In this document: piece after piece, positions 43,777 to 52,717 of the stretch
Numbering within the stretch: the first letter of the stretch is position 1
Layout of the letters: each line of letters opens with the position of its first letter
DNA from: Planctomycetota bacterium
GTDB taxonomy: Bacteria; Planctomycetota; UBA8108; UBA1146
NCBI GenBank assembly: GCA_036125855.1
Contig: JAYZTT010000016.1
Span: forward strand, 112,122 to 176,121
Length of the DNA: 64,000 nucleotides
Direction: 5' to 3'
Position numbers and translations under genes: made by a program
Notes under the pieces: model-generated
What the model was told of the DNA's origin: nothing
What the model saw: the letters and a program-made list of their open reading frames with translations, nothing else
The model's database searches: none

Positions 43777-44158
43777 GTTCGAGCAGAACCAGCTGAAGTC
43801 CGATGAGATCACCGAGTTTCATATCGGCGATACCGTCGATGTTCACGTGAGAATTGTCGAGGGAGACAAGGAGCGGGTTCAGGTTTTCAACGGGACCGTG
43901 ATTGGCCGCAGGAATGCGGGAAATCGCTCCGCTTTTACCGTTCGACGCATCGTTGCCGGCGAGGGGGTTGAAAGAACTTTTCCTCTTCACTCTCCCTGGA
44001 TCGAAAAGATCGAAATCAAACGCCTCGGTCGCGTTCGACGGGCCAAGCTGTATTACCTCAGAGATCGGGTCGGCAAGGCCACCAAGGTCCGTGAAAAGGT
44101 GGCGATACGTAAGACGGAGAAGAAAAATCCTGCAAATCAACCCATCGGCAGCAGTTGA
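43757..44158 (+). CDS. rplS: 50S ribosomal protein L19
   Basis: [43 protein letters not shown]...[18 protein letters not shown] 43757 is preceded by GGGAGAAGAAG. Confidence 0.93.
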   Translation: MSNKITEFEQNQLKSDEITEFHIGDTVDVHVRIVEGDKERVQVFNGTVIGRRNAGNRSAFTVRRIVAGEGVERTFPLHSPWIEKIEIKRLGRVRRAKLYYLRDRVGKATKVREKVAIRKTEKKNPANQPIGSS

Positions 44159-44598
44159 CCGCAGGGCTCAGCAAGTTGGTTGCTGAGTCGACCGACAAGG
44201 GCTCCCCGGATTCGCGCTTTGCGCATCCGGGGAGTTTTTTTTGTTCACCGTCCGCTTCCGGTCGCTGGGCAGAGTGGTATGTCGCGTGGTGGTTGCGGTT
44301 TCGTGGCTGGCGTATCGAAGCTCGCAATCTGAAAACCCCAGGAGGGGAGATCGATCTACTGGCCCGGGAGGGGCCGATCCTCGTGATCGTCGAGGTGAAG
44401 TACCGCTCCAGGAAAAGGAACTGGCCTCTCGGTCGCCCTCAGGCGGCCCGCCTGAGGCGGGCTGCGCAGTGGCTGTCGATCTACCGAAGAGCAGAGGCCG
44501 GGATCCGAATCGACCTGATCGAGGTCCATCGGTTTCGTAAGGTGTTTATCCCCAGGGTCTCGCATCTCAGGGCAGCGGTCATATCGGATTTTCCCTGA
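44155..44598 (+). CDS. yraN: YraN/UPF0102 family endonuclease-like protein (start uncertain)
   Basis: [49 protein letters not shown] matches the YraN core. The only in-frame starts upstream of the core are TTG 44155 and TTG 44176, and both precede the terminator-like hairpin. Confidence 0.6.
   Translation: MTAGLSKLVAESTDKGSPDSRFAHPGSFFCSPSASGRWAEWYVAWWLRFRGWRIEARNLKTPGGEIDLLAREGPILVIVEVKYRSRKRNWPLGRPQAARLRRAAQWLSIYRRAEAGIRIDLIEVHRFRKVFIPRVSHLRAAVISDFP
44202..44242 (+). terminator. Rho-independent terminator-like hairpin plus T8 downstream of rplS
   Basis: Perfect 10-bp stem CTCCCCGGAT (44202-44211) / ATCCGGGGAG (44225-44234), followed by TTTTTTTT (44235-44242). Confidence 0.6.
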
Positions 44599-44674
44599 GT
44601 GTTAAGTTTTTCTTCCCTCGATCACCGGCAGCATAGATGATCACTGGAGCCGCGGACCTGGTGTAAAGCACTCT

Positions 44675-45394
44675 TTGACAGGAGGCCACTTGGTAGGCAG
44701 TACCATCCCGTTTCCCTACATCGATGAAAGCTGGAAAAGGTTTCTGGGCTCAGATGATGCTCCATTGCTACTGGAGCGACTCGGCCAGGAGCAGATTCGC
44801 CACTTGTGGCGCTGGTTTGAATCGGATGACGGTCTCCGATCTGGGGCTATTCTCGCCCAGGAGGCTCCGGTTTTTGATCTGTTACTGGATCGTCTTTGCG
44901 ATGGTCTATCGGAAGAAGAGCCGAATATTGAAGAGGACCCATTTTCGCTGCCGGGTCGTTTGAAGGATCCGGAATGGGCTCTCGTACTATTTGGTGTCGG
45001 GCTGATGTTCGGTAGTGGCTGGCGAAGCGGTAGAAATGATGACCTGTTTGAGACCTCTTGCAGCTTGAACGATCTGGTGGCCTACATTGCCAGGGAAGAT
45101 TGGGTTGCACGATTGAGAGATGATCGTGACCACCTGCGACTCAACAGGCAGAATCCTGCAAAAGTCACGCGGGCCTTGCTGGTAAGAGAGCCACTGCTGG
45201 AGTTGCCGATCGATGCCTTGCGAAAGCTGGTGACCGGTGATGCTTCCTCGATTCACTGGAGTCACGAACTGCCTGGTGAGGCTCGAGCTCTGTTTTTTCT
45301 CGGTGCAGTGGCGGCGGGTATCGAGACTCCGCGGCAGGAGGAAGATGGCGAGCGAAAAATCATCCCGGAAGGTAAGAGCTCCCTCCTGAACTGA
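44675..45394 (+). CDS. Hypothetical protein (239 aa)
   Basis: ORF with protein-like composition; no recognisable motif. Confidence 0.4.
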   Translation: MTGGHLVGSTIPFPYIDESWKRFLGSDDAPLLLERLGQEQIRHLWRWFESDDGLRSGAILAQEAPVFDLLLDRLCDGLSEEEPNIEEDPFSLPGRLKDPEWALVLFGVGLMFGSGWRSGRNDDLFETSCSLNDLVAYIAREDWVARLRDDRDHLRLNRQNPAKVTRALLVREPLLELPIDALRKLVTGDASSIHWSHELPGEARALFFLGAVAAGIETPRQEEDGERKIIPEGKSSLLN

Positions 45395-45404
45395 CCTGGA
45401 TCGA

Positions 45405-46544
45405 CTAGGGGCAGGTTGGAGCCAGGCAATCGATGTTGATCGGTCCAGCTGCGCAGCCAGGGAATGGGGCCGAAGGTGCGGGTCCACCGGAGAAAAGGTA
45501 TCCGAGCAGGAAGACAGCATCGGCGAGGTCGAGACTTGCATCTCCGGTGCTGTTGCCCGCCTCCAGGCAATCGAGATCCCCGTTGCTGAACAGATACACA
45601 AGAAGTGCGATGGCATCGGAGAGATCGAGAGCCTCATCGCCATTGCTGTCGCCGCGAATGAAGCCCCCGGTGGGAACCACCGCTGGCTTGGGGTGGTCAA
45701 TCAGATGTTGAAGGATCAGCGACGACATCTGGGAACTCGGGATCGGCAAGTGACCACCCAGAGTGATCGACCACAATTCTGCAGATCCTCCATCTGAGCA
45801 GCCGGCCTCCCAGCGCAGCACGCTGGTTTCGTTGCCAAAAATGCCGCCATCCAGATTGATATTGGATCCGGAGACGGGACTGTCGAGACAGCCGTTACGT
45901 GCAACCCATTGATTACAGGTTTGCATTGCTGAGGGGTACACATCATTGATCACGCCGCCTAGATATAAAATTATTGGATCCAGGGTGCCGTGAATGTGCA
46001 GGACGTGAACCGGCGAGGAAGCGTTACATGGTTCTGAATCGTTGAGGGCGGCCCCCGACAAGCTTGCGATAGAGGCGAATCGGCCCGAGTCTTCGCATGC
46101 CATACGGTGCGCCATGAATCCACCATTGGAGTGACCAACGATATGTACCCTCTGGGGGTCAACGTTATATTCGTTTTCGATCAAATCCAGCAGTCCAGTG
46201 AGGTACCCAACATCATCTACCCCTGAGTTATCGTTATCGCAGCAAGCATTGGTGGCATTCCAGAACTGTGCTCCGAGCGAATCTACGTTGCCGTCCGGGT
46301 AGGTGAGAATAAAGCCGTTTTGTTCACAAAGCGGTCCGAAGTCGAAGTAGTCTTCCATCATCTGGCCGGTGAAAAGATAGCCATGAAGGAGTAGGAGTAA
46401 CGGAGCGGGCTCAGCGGGATCATAGGAAGAAGGAACCTGAACAACCACCGGGCCGCGACCGGCATCCACGGTGACATTGGTCTGACCGGAAAGAGAGATG
46501 GGTGCCAGAGTCAGCACCAGAACCAATACAGATACCGATCTCAC
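45405..46544 (-). CDS. Secreted PHB-depolymerase-family (LpqC-like) esterase with C-terminal dockerin-like module
   Basis: Signal peptide MRSVSVLVLVLTLAPISLSG, LLLLLHGY, and the nucleophile elbow VHIVGHSNGGFMAHRMAC. The C-terminus reads RGDSNGDEALDLSDAIALLVYLF...GDASLDLADAVFLLGYLF plus a Cys-rich tail. Confidence 0.75.
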   Translation of the reverse strand: MRSVSVLVLVLTLAPISLSGQTNVTVDAGRGPVVVQVPSSYDPAEPAPLLLLLHGYLFTGQMMEDYFDFGPLCEQNGFILTYPDGNVDSLGAQFWNATNACCDNDNSGVDDVGYLTGLLDLIENEYNVDPQRVHIVGHSNGGFMAHRMACEDSGRFASIASLSGAALNDSEPCNASSPVHVLHIHGTLDPIILYLGGVINDVYPSAMQTCNQWVARNGCLDSPVSGSNINLDGGIFGNETSVLRWEAGCSDGGSAELWSITLGGHLPIPSSQMSSLILQHLIDHPKPAVVPTGGFIRGDSNGDEALDLSDAIALLVYLFSNGDLDCLEAGNSTGDASLDLADAVFLLGYLFSGGPAPSAPFPGCAAGPINIDCLAPTCP

Positions 46545-46644
46545 CGGGAGCTCCCTTCAGCAGCATCGATCGCCTACTCTCCATCCTATAGTTCAATTGC
46601 CAGGATTCCATCTTGGGATTTCGCAGTGAAATGGCGCCGAGGAA

Positions 46645-47151
46645 CTATTCCTGAGCGGCGAATTGCCCCCTGGGGCGAGGAAAAAAGATCAGCAACGTGA
46701 TGAGAAGTAACGAGATACCGCTCTCGAAGACAACCTGGAGCCTTTGAATAGTAGAGATGGCCCACCAACCGTGGGGATCAAGTACCGCCCACCGGTGTAC
46801 ATGAATGCCGATGTGCATCATGAGCATGATGATGACCGGTACGGTGACGCCAGTGATTCCGCACCAGAGCTGCAACGCCAGCGAGAAGCAGAAGATCCCC
46901 AGCAACCCATCGATCAGGGCTGCCTGCCAGCCAAAGCCAGGCTCCTGGAAAAAGAGTGCATCCAGGATCCAGAAGATGCCGCGGACAGACAGCCAGCTCA
47001 CAACCAGAACAATCACAAAGCTAGGGCTGCTGCGAGCAGTATTGGCCGGATTATTCAATCGGGGCTGGCTCCATTTCGTATCACTCCCAACAGTGGATTT
47101 GTCACAGTATGCTAAGGGGGAGAGGACAGGAAAGCTCTTCTCTTTCACCAA
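46645..47151 (-). CDS. Hypothetical small membrane protein (about 4 TM; start uncertain)
   Basis: The ORF has clear hydrophobic helices (FVIVLVVSWLSV, LLGIFCFSLALQLW, VPVIIMLMMHIGI, ISLLLITLLIFF). Confidence 0.4.
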   Translation of the reverse strand: MVKEKSFPVLSPLAYCDKSTVGSDTKWSQPRLNNPANTARSSPSFVIVLVVSWLSVRGIFWILDALFFQEPGFGWQAALIDGLLGIFCFSLALQLWCGITGVTVPVIIMLMMHIGIHVHRWAVLDPHGWWAISTIQRLQVVFESGISLLLITLLIFFPRPRGQFAAQE

Positions 47152-47168
47152 TCTGCGGAGAGGAAGTT

Positions 47169-48065
47169 GTGATCAACAAGGCCATTGTTGCACTTCTACC
47201 ACTGGTACCAAAATCTGTCGTGTGGAAAGTGTCCCGCAAGTACATCGCGGGAACAACCCTTGACGAGGCACTCGATTGTGTCGAGCGACTGAACCGAGAA
47301 GGGATGCGCGCGACACTGGATGTCCTGGGTGAAGATTCTGTGAACGAACAGGAGGCGCTCGGGGGAGAAAAGATATACCAGGAAGCGTTGAGAGCTATCG
47401 ACGAACGATCTCTCGATGCAAATATCTCGGTGAAACTATCGATGCTGGGGTTGCGTTTTGATCCGGCATTATGCGAATCAATTGTCAGAAGATTGGTCCA
47501 GACCGCAGACCTCCACGACAATTTTGTTCGAATGGATATGGAAGATTCGAGTGTGACTCTCCTCACTCTCGATCTATATCGAAAACTGCGCTCAGAAACT
47601 GATCGGATCGGCGCCGTGGTCCAGGCTTATTTGCGAAATACGGTCTCGGATGTTCAGGATCTTCTGGCACAAGGCGAAACCAATCTGCGCATTTGCAAAG
47701 GCATCTACATCGAACCAGAGGAGCTGGCGTACCAGGATTTTGAAGAGGTACAAGAATCCTTCAAGGAAACACTGCATTGTCTTCTTGAAGGAGGTGCCAC
47801 CAGGGTCGGGATCGCAACCCACGATGCAGAACTGGTTGAAGCAGCTTTATCGGCGATCCGCGAGCTGGCGGTGCCGAAGGAGCGCTACGAATTCCAGATG
47901 TTGCTAGGTGTGACCGAAAAGATGCGCGGCGAACTGGTGGCCGATGGACATCCTCTTCGCGTTTATGTTCCTTTTGGTAAGGAGTGGTACGCCTACTCAA
48001 GCCGCAGGTTGAGAGAAAATCCAAAAATCGCCGGCCACGTGGTGCGTAACTTGTTGCCGTTCTAG
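47169..48065 (+). CDS. Proline dehydrogenase (monofunctional PutA-like)
   Basis: Family pattern: VSRKYIAGTTLDEAL, ISVKLSMLG, VRMDMEDS, LRICKGIY and YSSRRLRENP. GTG 47169 is preceded by GGAGAGGAAG; the alternative ATG 47109 lacks an SD. Confidence 0.8.
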   Translation: MINKAIVALLPLVPKSVVWKVSRKYIAGTTLDEALDCVERLNREGMRATLDVLGEDSVNEQEALGGEKIYQEALRAIDERSLDANISVKLSMLGLRFDPALCESIVRRLVQTADLHDNFVRMDMEDSSVTLLTLDLYRKLRSETDRIGAVVQAYLRNTVSDVQDLLAQGETNLRICKGIYIEPEELAYQDFEEVQESFKETLHCLLEGGATRVGIATHDAELVEAALSAIRELAVPKERYEFQMLLGVTEKMRGELVADGHPLRVYVPFGKEWYAYSSRRLRENPKIAGHVVRNLLPF

Positions 48066-48083
48066 CATGCAAAAGAGGTATTT

Positions 48084-48689
48084 TTGAAAAGCTCTTGCTG
48101 GTGGAGTTCGGACAGTTCGGCCCTGGTTAAGATAGAAGAGCTGTCCCACGCCGTGAAGCTTCTGGAGGACTACCAGCCTGCCAACGAATTTCAGTCGGCG
48201 GAGAAAAACAAAATTCTATCCTTTTGCCAGGAACACCCGGATGCGCTGTATCGATCATGCCTGCTCGGTCATCTCACAGCTTCTGCAGTGGTGACCGATC
48301 CAGCAAGAGAAAGATTCCTGCTCCATCATCATGCCAAGCTGGATCTGTGGCTTCAATTTGGCGGACATTGCGATGGCGATGGGAATTTACCTCATGTTGC
48401 ATGGAGAGAAGCCGTTGAAGAAAGCGGAATTTCTGACCTTGCGATAGATCCCGAGATTGTCGATCTCGATGTTCACAAGATTCCGAAATGGAAAGATGTG
48501 CCAGAACATCTCCATCTTGATGTGCGATTTCTTGCTGAGGTGCCAGCAGCAAGCGTTCCTGTTGCTGGTGATGAATCCCTGGCCATCGGATGGTATTCAC
48601 TGACCGATGTGGCGAACATCAACACCGATGATTCTGTTCAACGGTTGGTCAGGCTGGCAGCCAATTGTGGAGGACAAGGTGAGCTATAA
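48084..48689 (+). CDS. NUDIX hydrolase
   Basis: Nudix-box-like GGHCDGDGNLPHVAWREAVEESGI. Start uncertain. Confidence 0.7.
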   Translation: MKSSCWWSSDSSALVKIEELSHAVKLLEDYQPANEFQSAEKNKILSFCQEHPDALYRSCLLGHLTASAVVTDPARERFLLHHHAKLDLWLQFGGHCDGDGNLPHVAWREAVEESGISDLAIDPEIVDLDVHKIPKWKDVPEHLHLDVRFLAEVPAASVPVAGDESLAIGWYSLTDVANINTDDSVQRLVRLAANCGGQGEL

Positions 48690-49140
48690 TTTCGACGGCA
48701 AGACCGGCACCCTGATCGTTCGGATCATATTGTTCAATTGCGCGTTATTTGTCTTGCTGGGCGGGATCGGTGCGGCGTTTTTTCTGCAACCAGATGAAAA
48801 TTCCTCCGGGACAGGGCTGGACTATTTAGAAGTGGTCACGGCTATTTTCAGCCCAATCGCGCTTGTTTCGGTCATTGTTGGCAAGGGCTATCTGGCTCGT
48901 TCCATGGAGTCTCGAAGTGGTGAATCGAAGGTACAGGTTTTTGTAGGTGGTACGGTGACTCTCATGGCCATTTGTGAGGCTCCCGGATTGCTTTGGGCAC
49001 TTTGTGCTTATCTAGCGAGCCAACCGTATTATGCAATCGGTTCGCTGGTTCACGCCCTCGCGATTCTGGTGTTGTGGCCGGATGGTTCCGAACTGGAAGA
49101 AGAGTTTGGTACAATGGCTTCAGAAGGAGTCGAAGAATGA
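48679..49140 (+). CDS. Hypothetical membrane protein (about 4 TM)
   Basis: GTG 48679 is preceded by GGAGGA. Hydrophobic helices are present, and the stop forms an ATGA overlap with the peroxiredoxin start. Confidence 0.5.
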   Translation: MSYNFDGKTGTLIVRIILFNCALFVLLGGIGAAFFLQPDENSSGTGLDYLEVVTAIFSPIALVSVIVGKGYLARSMESRSGESKVQVFVGGTVTLMAICEAPGLLWALCAYLASQPYYAIGSLVHALAILVLWPDGSELEEEFGTMASEGVEE

Positions 49141-49700
49141 TTCAGAACAGATCTTCAAGGGTAATAACGGTATTGGGAGGAGTCCTGGCCATCGGAATTT
49201 TAAGCAACCTGTTCACAATGGGTTCTTCGGCGGTACAGCCGCTCAAGATTGGCGATGTGGTGCCGGATCTGGTGTTGCCGGGTTCCGATGGGGAGAGCCA
49301 CTCATTGCGCAAAATTGTCGCTGACGGAGAAGGTCTGGTGATTGCCTGGATTCCAAGGACAGGAACGCCTGGCTGAACTACTGAATGTAAATCGCTGCGT
49401 GACAGCGCCGAGGAGATAGCAAAGTATCGGGTCAGAATGTTCGTGATTTCTTGTGACTCTGTCGAGAAGAGCAAGAAGTTTGCAGAAAAATTACAGCTAC
49501 CGTTTGCAGTGCTTTCAGATTCCGAGAGAAAGGCAGCCAAGGTCTTTGGTGTTGACCGGGCTTTGGGCCTGTCAAAACGCCACACCTTCTATTTTGGACC
49601 GGAAGGAAAACTGCGTTTCATTGATAAGGCTGTCGAGGTGGCCCAACACGGTTCTTCGGTAGCCGAGAAATTGAAGGAGCACCGCATCCCTCTGCGGTAA
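49137..49700 (+). CDS. bcp: Membrane-anchored Bcp-type peroxiredoxin with in-frame TGA (49374-49376) at the peroxidatic Cys position; probable selenoprotein
   Basis: Track ORFs 48993..49376 and 49437..49700 share one frame. The joined read is ...LVIAWIPRTGTPG-TGA-TTECKSLRD...LPFAVLSDSERKAAKVFGV..., which parallels the Bcp active site TPGCTxxxC. A hairpin lies downstream of the TGA. Confidence 0.75.
49393..49407 (+). promoter_or_regulatory. SECIS-like hairpin downstream of the peroxiredoxin UGA
   Basis: CGCTG-CGTGA-CAGCG: a 5-bp stem with loop CGUGA. The stem starts 16 nt after the UGA. Confidence 0.45.
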
Positions 49701-49744
49701 TTTCGTCTGCTGTAGATACCGACTGACGTGTGCTGGCAGCCAGT

Positions 49745-50200
49745 TCATCTGGCTGTTCCTGCTCCTGACTCGAGTTTTTCCTTGAGGCTGTCCAGTTCCT
49801 TTTGTAGGGCATCACAGTTAGATTTTTTCATCGCCCATCCAATTAAAAAGAAGATGACCTTGGCAAATCCCTTCGGGTAAACCGTTGCCGTCTCTGTGAC
49901 CCGCGTGTTGCCATCTCCCAGATCTTCGAATTCGTATAAAGCATCGATGTCGAAGGCTTTGCTGATGAGGTGGACTTCGTTCAGCCGATCTGTTTCGTAT
50001 CGAGTGACTACCCCAGTCATCTCCATCTTGCGACCCCGCTCTTCTGTCATGATTCGAAACGTGGTTCCGACCTTTTCCGGAGTCTCCTCGAGAACTTCAT
50101 CCTCGATCACCGTGATACTCCAATCGCTGACATTTTCGGTGGTGTAACGAAAAACCTCGGAAATCGGTCGCATAATTTCGACGCTAGTATTTGTGTTCAT
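49745..50200 (-). CDS. SRPBCC-superfamily (polyketide cyclase/START-like) protein
   Basis: The 151-aa product from ATG 50200 (MNTNTSVEIMRPISEVFRYTTENVSDW...) has the typical SRPBCC N-terminal pattern. The longer ORF extension lacks protein-like character. Confidence 0.6.
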   Translation of the reverse strand: MNTNTSVEIMRPISEVFRYTTENVSDWSITVIEDEVLEETPEKVGTTFRIMTEERGRKMEMTGVVTRYETDRLNEVHLISKAFDIDALYEFEDLGDGNTRVTETATVYPKGFAKVIFFLIGWAMKKSNCDALQKELDSLKEKLESGAGTAR

Positions 50201-50623
50201 GTCCGGGCCTTTCCTATCGTTGAATCTAATTTTGTCTTCAGGCGTGAATTGTTCGAATCTCTCGTAACGTCGAAGATCCTTGTTTCCATCGCTTCTAAAC
50301 CACTGAGAGTGATTCACAATGCTGAATGCAATTAAGACATAAATAGTTAACCTTTCAGCACTTGGTAGGTTTTTACCCGAAGTGTCGGGACTGTTCGACC
50401 CCTTGGCCGGAATGGCCTTATTTGTTATTGCCAGGTCAGTGGGCCGTGGCCAGGAACTGCCCATGGTTAAACAACAAAGTCTCTTTTGATTCTCGATGGG
50501 TTTGCTAATAGGTCATTCACCAATTGCTTCAAGACGAGTATCGTCAGTGGCAATGGGTCTGAGTTGTGAACCGGAGAATTTGCCTTCGTCGGTTATATGA
50601 AATGATAACTGCGTCAATCGCAT

Positions 50624-52717
50624 ATGGATTGGTTAGTAGATATGGGTATGAACAGAAGAGAGCTGCTTCGGGGTGCTTTAGCTGCGGGCGCGATCGGGGC
50701 AACCAGTCCTTTCCTTGGAAATAAAAAACTCCAGGCTGGAATGTTTGGTTACGAATCGTTTACTCAGCCATTGTTCAGGCCGCCGGTGATCGGTAAGACT
50801 GAATCCCTGAACCCAGCGCCAGGTAGTGATGATGCAATCGTCGGTTCCGATGCGATTTATCACGGGATTGCTCCTGAGTATTACCCCGACCATCCAGCAC
50901 ATCTCGAAGACTGGGATCGATTCCCGGAAATCTATTGGGAAATGGATTCCGTGGAAACACATTGGCAGTTCTTTCCAGGGATTGACACTCCGGTATTCGC
51001 CTACAAGGGGAAGGAGGGGACTGCATCGGTGACCCCACCGAGTTTCCCTGGTCCGACCTTCATAGCAAGAAATGGAGAGCCTGCAGTTCTCCGGTTCCAC
51101 AACAAGACATCGGTTGAGAATTCGATTCATTTACACGGTGATCACGGTCCAGCACACTCTGACGGTCACCCTGATTTTTATGTGCTGCAGGATAAGGTCA
51201 GGGATTATTACTATCCGAACATTGGCCCGCGCCACAATGTTACAGCCGATGTTCCATTTCCCGAGACCCCGGAAGAAGCGGGACCATTTGAGGAAGGTCA
51301 CATACCAACAACGATGTGGTATCACGATCATGCGATGGACGTGACTGGCTTCAACGTGAATCGAGGCCTGGCTGGATTCTATCTGTGTGAGGATGATCTA
51401 GAAATCGAACACCAGGAAAGCGGTTTCCTTCCGAAGCTTTATGGCAACTTTGACCACGTGATTGCCTTGAAGGATTTCCAGTTCAATAGCGATGGAACTC
51501 TTCAGTATGATCTTCTTGATCACAATGGCCATATCGGCGATGTGAAAACAGTTAATGGCCGTGCTCAGCCGTACATGGATGTTTATCGTCGAAAGTATCG
51601 CTTCCGTTTCCTTAACGCATGCAATGCACGCTATCTCCATCTTCGGCTCAACAGCAGGACCGGAAGAAGACAGAGGGATGGAATACCCTTCCTGATGATC
51701 GGCAAGGACACCTGGGAAATCCCAGAGGCCACGGAAATGGACAGCTTTACCATCTGTCCAGGCGAACGCTTCGACATGATCATTGATTTCAGCGAGCTAC
51801 CCGAGGACGTTGACACTTACTACCTGCAGAACGTGATGCATCAAACTGATGGCCGTAAACCCAAGGGCATTCGTCCCAAAAAAGAGCATACCCCCTGGCT
51901 TCAATTCCGTATTTTGGAGGGTGACCCACCTGGACCACAGGAGATCGAAGGTGTTGAAAACGGTGTCTACTCGGTATCGGCAGGAGACCATGTCAGGGAG
52001 TTCACTCCTTACCTCGAAGAAGAAGTGGTTCAGACACGAATATTTAAATTCCATCGCCGTAACGGAGCTTGGCAGGTCAATGATAAGTACTTCAGCCCAC
52101 GCCGAACCGACGCGACCCCGCTGCTGAATAGCTGTGAGCGCTGGATCTTCGAAAATGGCGGCGGAGGATGGTGGCATCCGATCCATATGCATCTGGAAGC
52201 TCTTCAGGTGCAGAAGTGGGATGGAATGACCAAGGATGATCCAGATTTCCCGGTTGGATACAGGTGGAATACCGACCTCGTGAACCTTGAAGGGGGAACC
52301 GAGGTTGAATGCCTGGTCAAGTTCCGCACCTTTAAGGGACCATTTGTTTGCCATTGTCACATCATTGAACATGAAGATATGAGAATGATGTTTACCCACG
52401 ATCCGCGCGAGGCAGGCGAAGCGGGCATGAATGACGGAATCAGAAACCACGCCTGGAACGAAGAAAGTAAGTTGCAGTCTGGAATGCCGACCGGTTGTAT
52501 CGATCCCCACCATCTGTTGTTCGATCACGAACAAACGCTGGCCAGCGGTGAAGTGGTTGGCCCCGGCGATGTTCCGCAACTTGATCATGAAGGAGTCGGA
52601 TTCCCCGGTGATTTCCATGATGATATCTGCGAGGTCGACGGTGGAGACTGGGATGCGGAAGGGAATCAGGATACTCCGGATGATCCGATCCCAGAGGAAC
52701 AAGAAGATCGGCGCTAA
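50624..52717 (+). CDS. Tat-exported multicopper oxidase
   Basis: Twin-arginine signal MNRRELLRGALAAGAIGA. The four copper-ligand motifs are IHLHGDH, WYHDHAM, WWHPIHMHLE and HCHIIEHEDMRMM. Confidence 0.88.
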   Translation: MDWLVDMGMNRRELLRGALAAGAIGATSPFLGNKKLQAGMFGYESFTQPLFRPPVIGKTESLNPAPGSDDAIVGSDAIYHGIAPEYYPDHPAHLEDWDRFPEIYWEMDSVETHWQFFPGIDTPVFAYKGKEGTASVTPPSFPGPTFIARNGEPAVLRFHNKTSVENSIHLHGDHGPAHSDGHPDFYVLQDKVRDYYYPNIGPRHNVTADVPFPETPEEAGPFEEGHIPTTMWYHDHAMDVTGFNVNRGLAGFYLCEDDLEIEHQESGFLPKLYGNFDHVIALKDFQFNSDGTLQYDLLDHNGHIGDVKTVNGRAQPYMDVYRRKYRFRFLNACNARYLHLRLNSRTGRRQRDGIPFLMIGKDTWEIPEATEMDSFTICPGERFDMIIDFSELPEDVDTYYLQNVMHQTDGRKPKGIRPKKEHTPWLQFRILEGDPPGPQEIEGVENGVYSVSAGDHVREFTPYLEEEVVQTRIFKFHRRNGAWQVNDKYFSPRRTDATPLLNSCERWIFENGGGGWWHPIHMHLEALQVQKWDGMTKDDPDFPVGYRWNTDLVNLEGGTEVECLVKFRTFKGPFVCHCHIIEHEDMRMMFTHDPREAGEAGMNDGIRNHAWNEESKLQSGMPTGCIDPHHLLFDHEQTLASGEVVGPGDVPQLDHEGVGFPGDFHDDICEVDGGDWDAEGNQDTPDDPIPEEQEDRR

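Noticed and set aside
49142-49700. The two fragments 48993..49376 and 49437..49700 as separate small genes, or as a nonsense-inactivated pseudogene.
   Set aside because: Both halves are in one frame with intact family motifs on each side. The TGA coincides exactly with the catalytic Cys column and a hairpin follows. The same pattern recurs in the SCO-like gene, so selenocysteine recoding explains both better than two independent nonsense mutations.
50201-50464. 88-codon N-terminal extension of the SRPBCC ORF (start at 50464).
   Set aside because: The extension lies in an AT-rich spacer and has implausible composition. The conserved SRPBCC N-terminus starts at ATG 50200.
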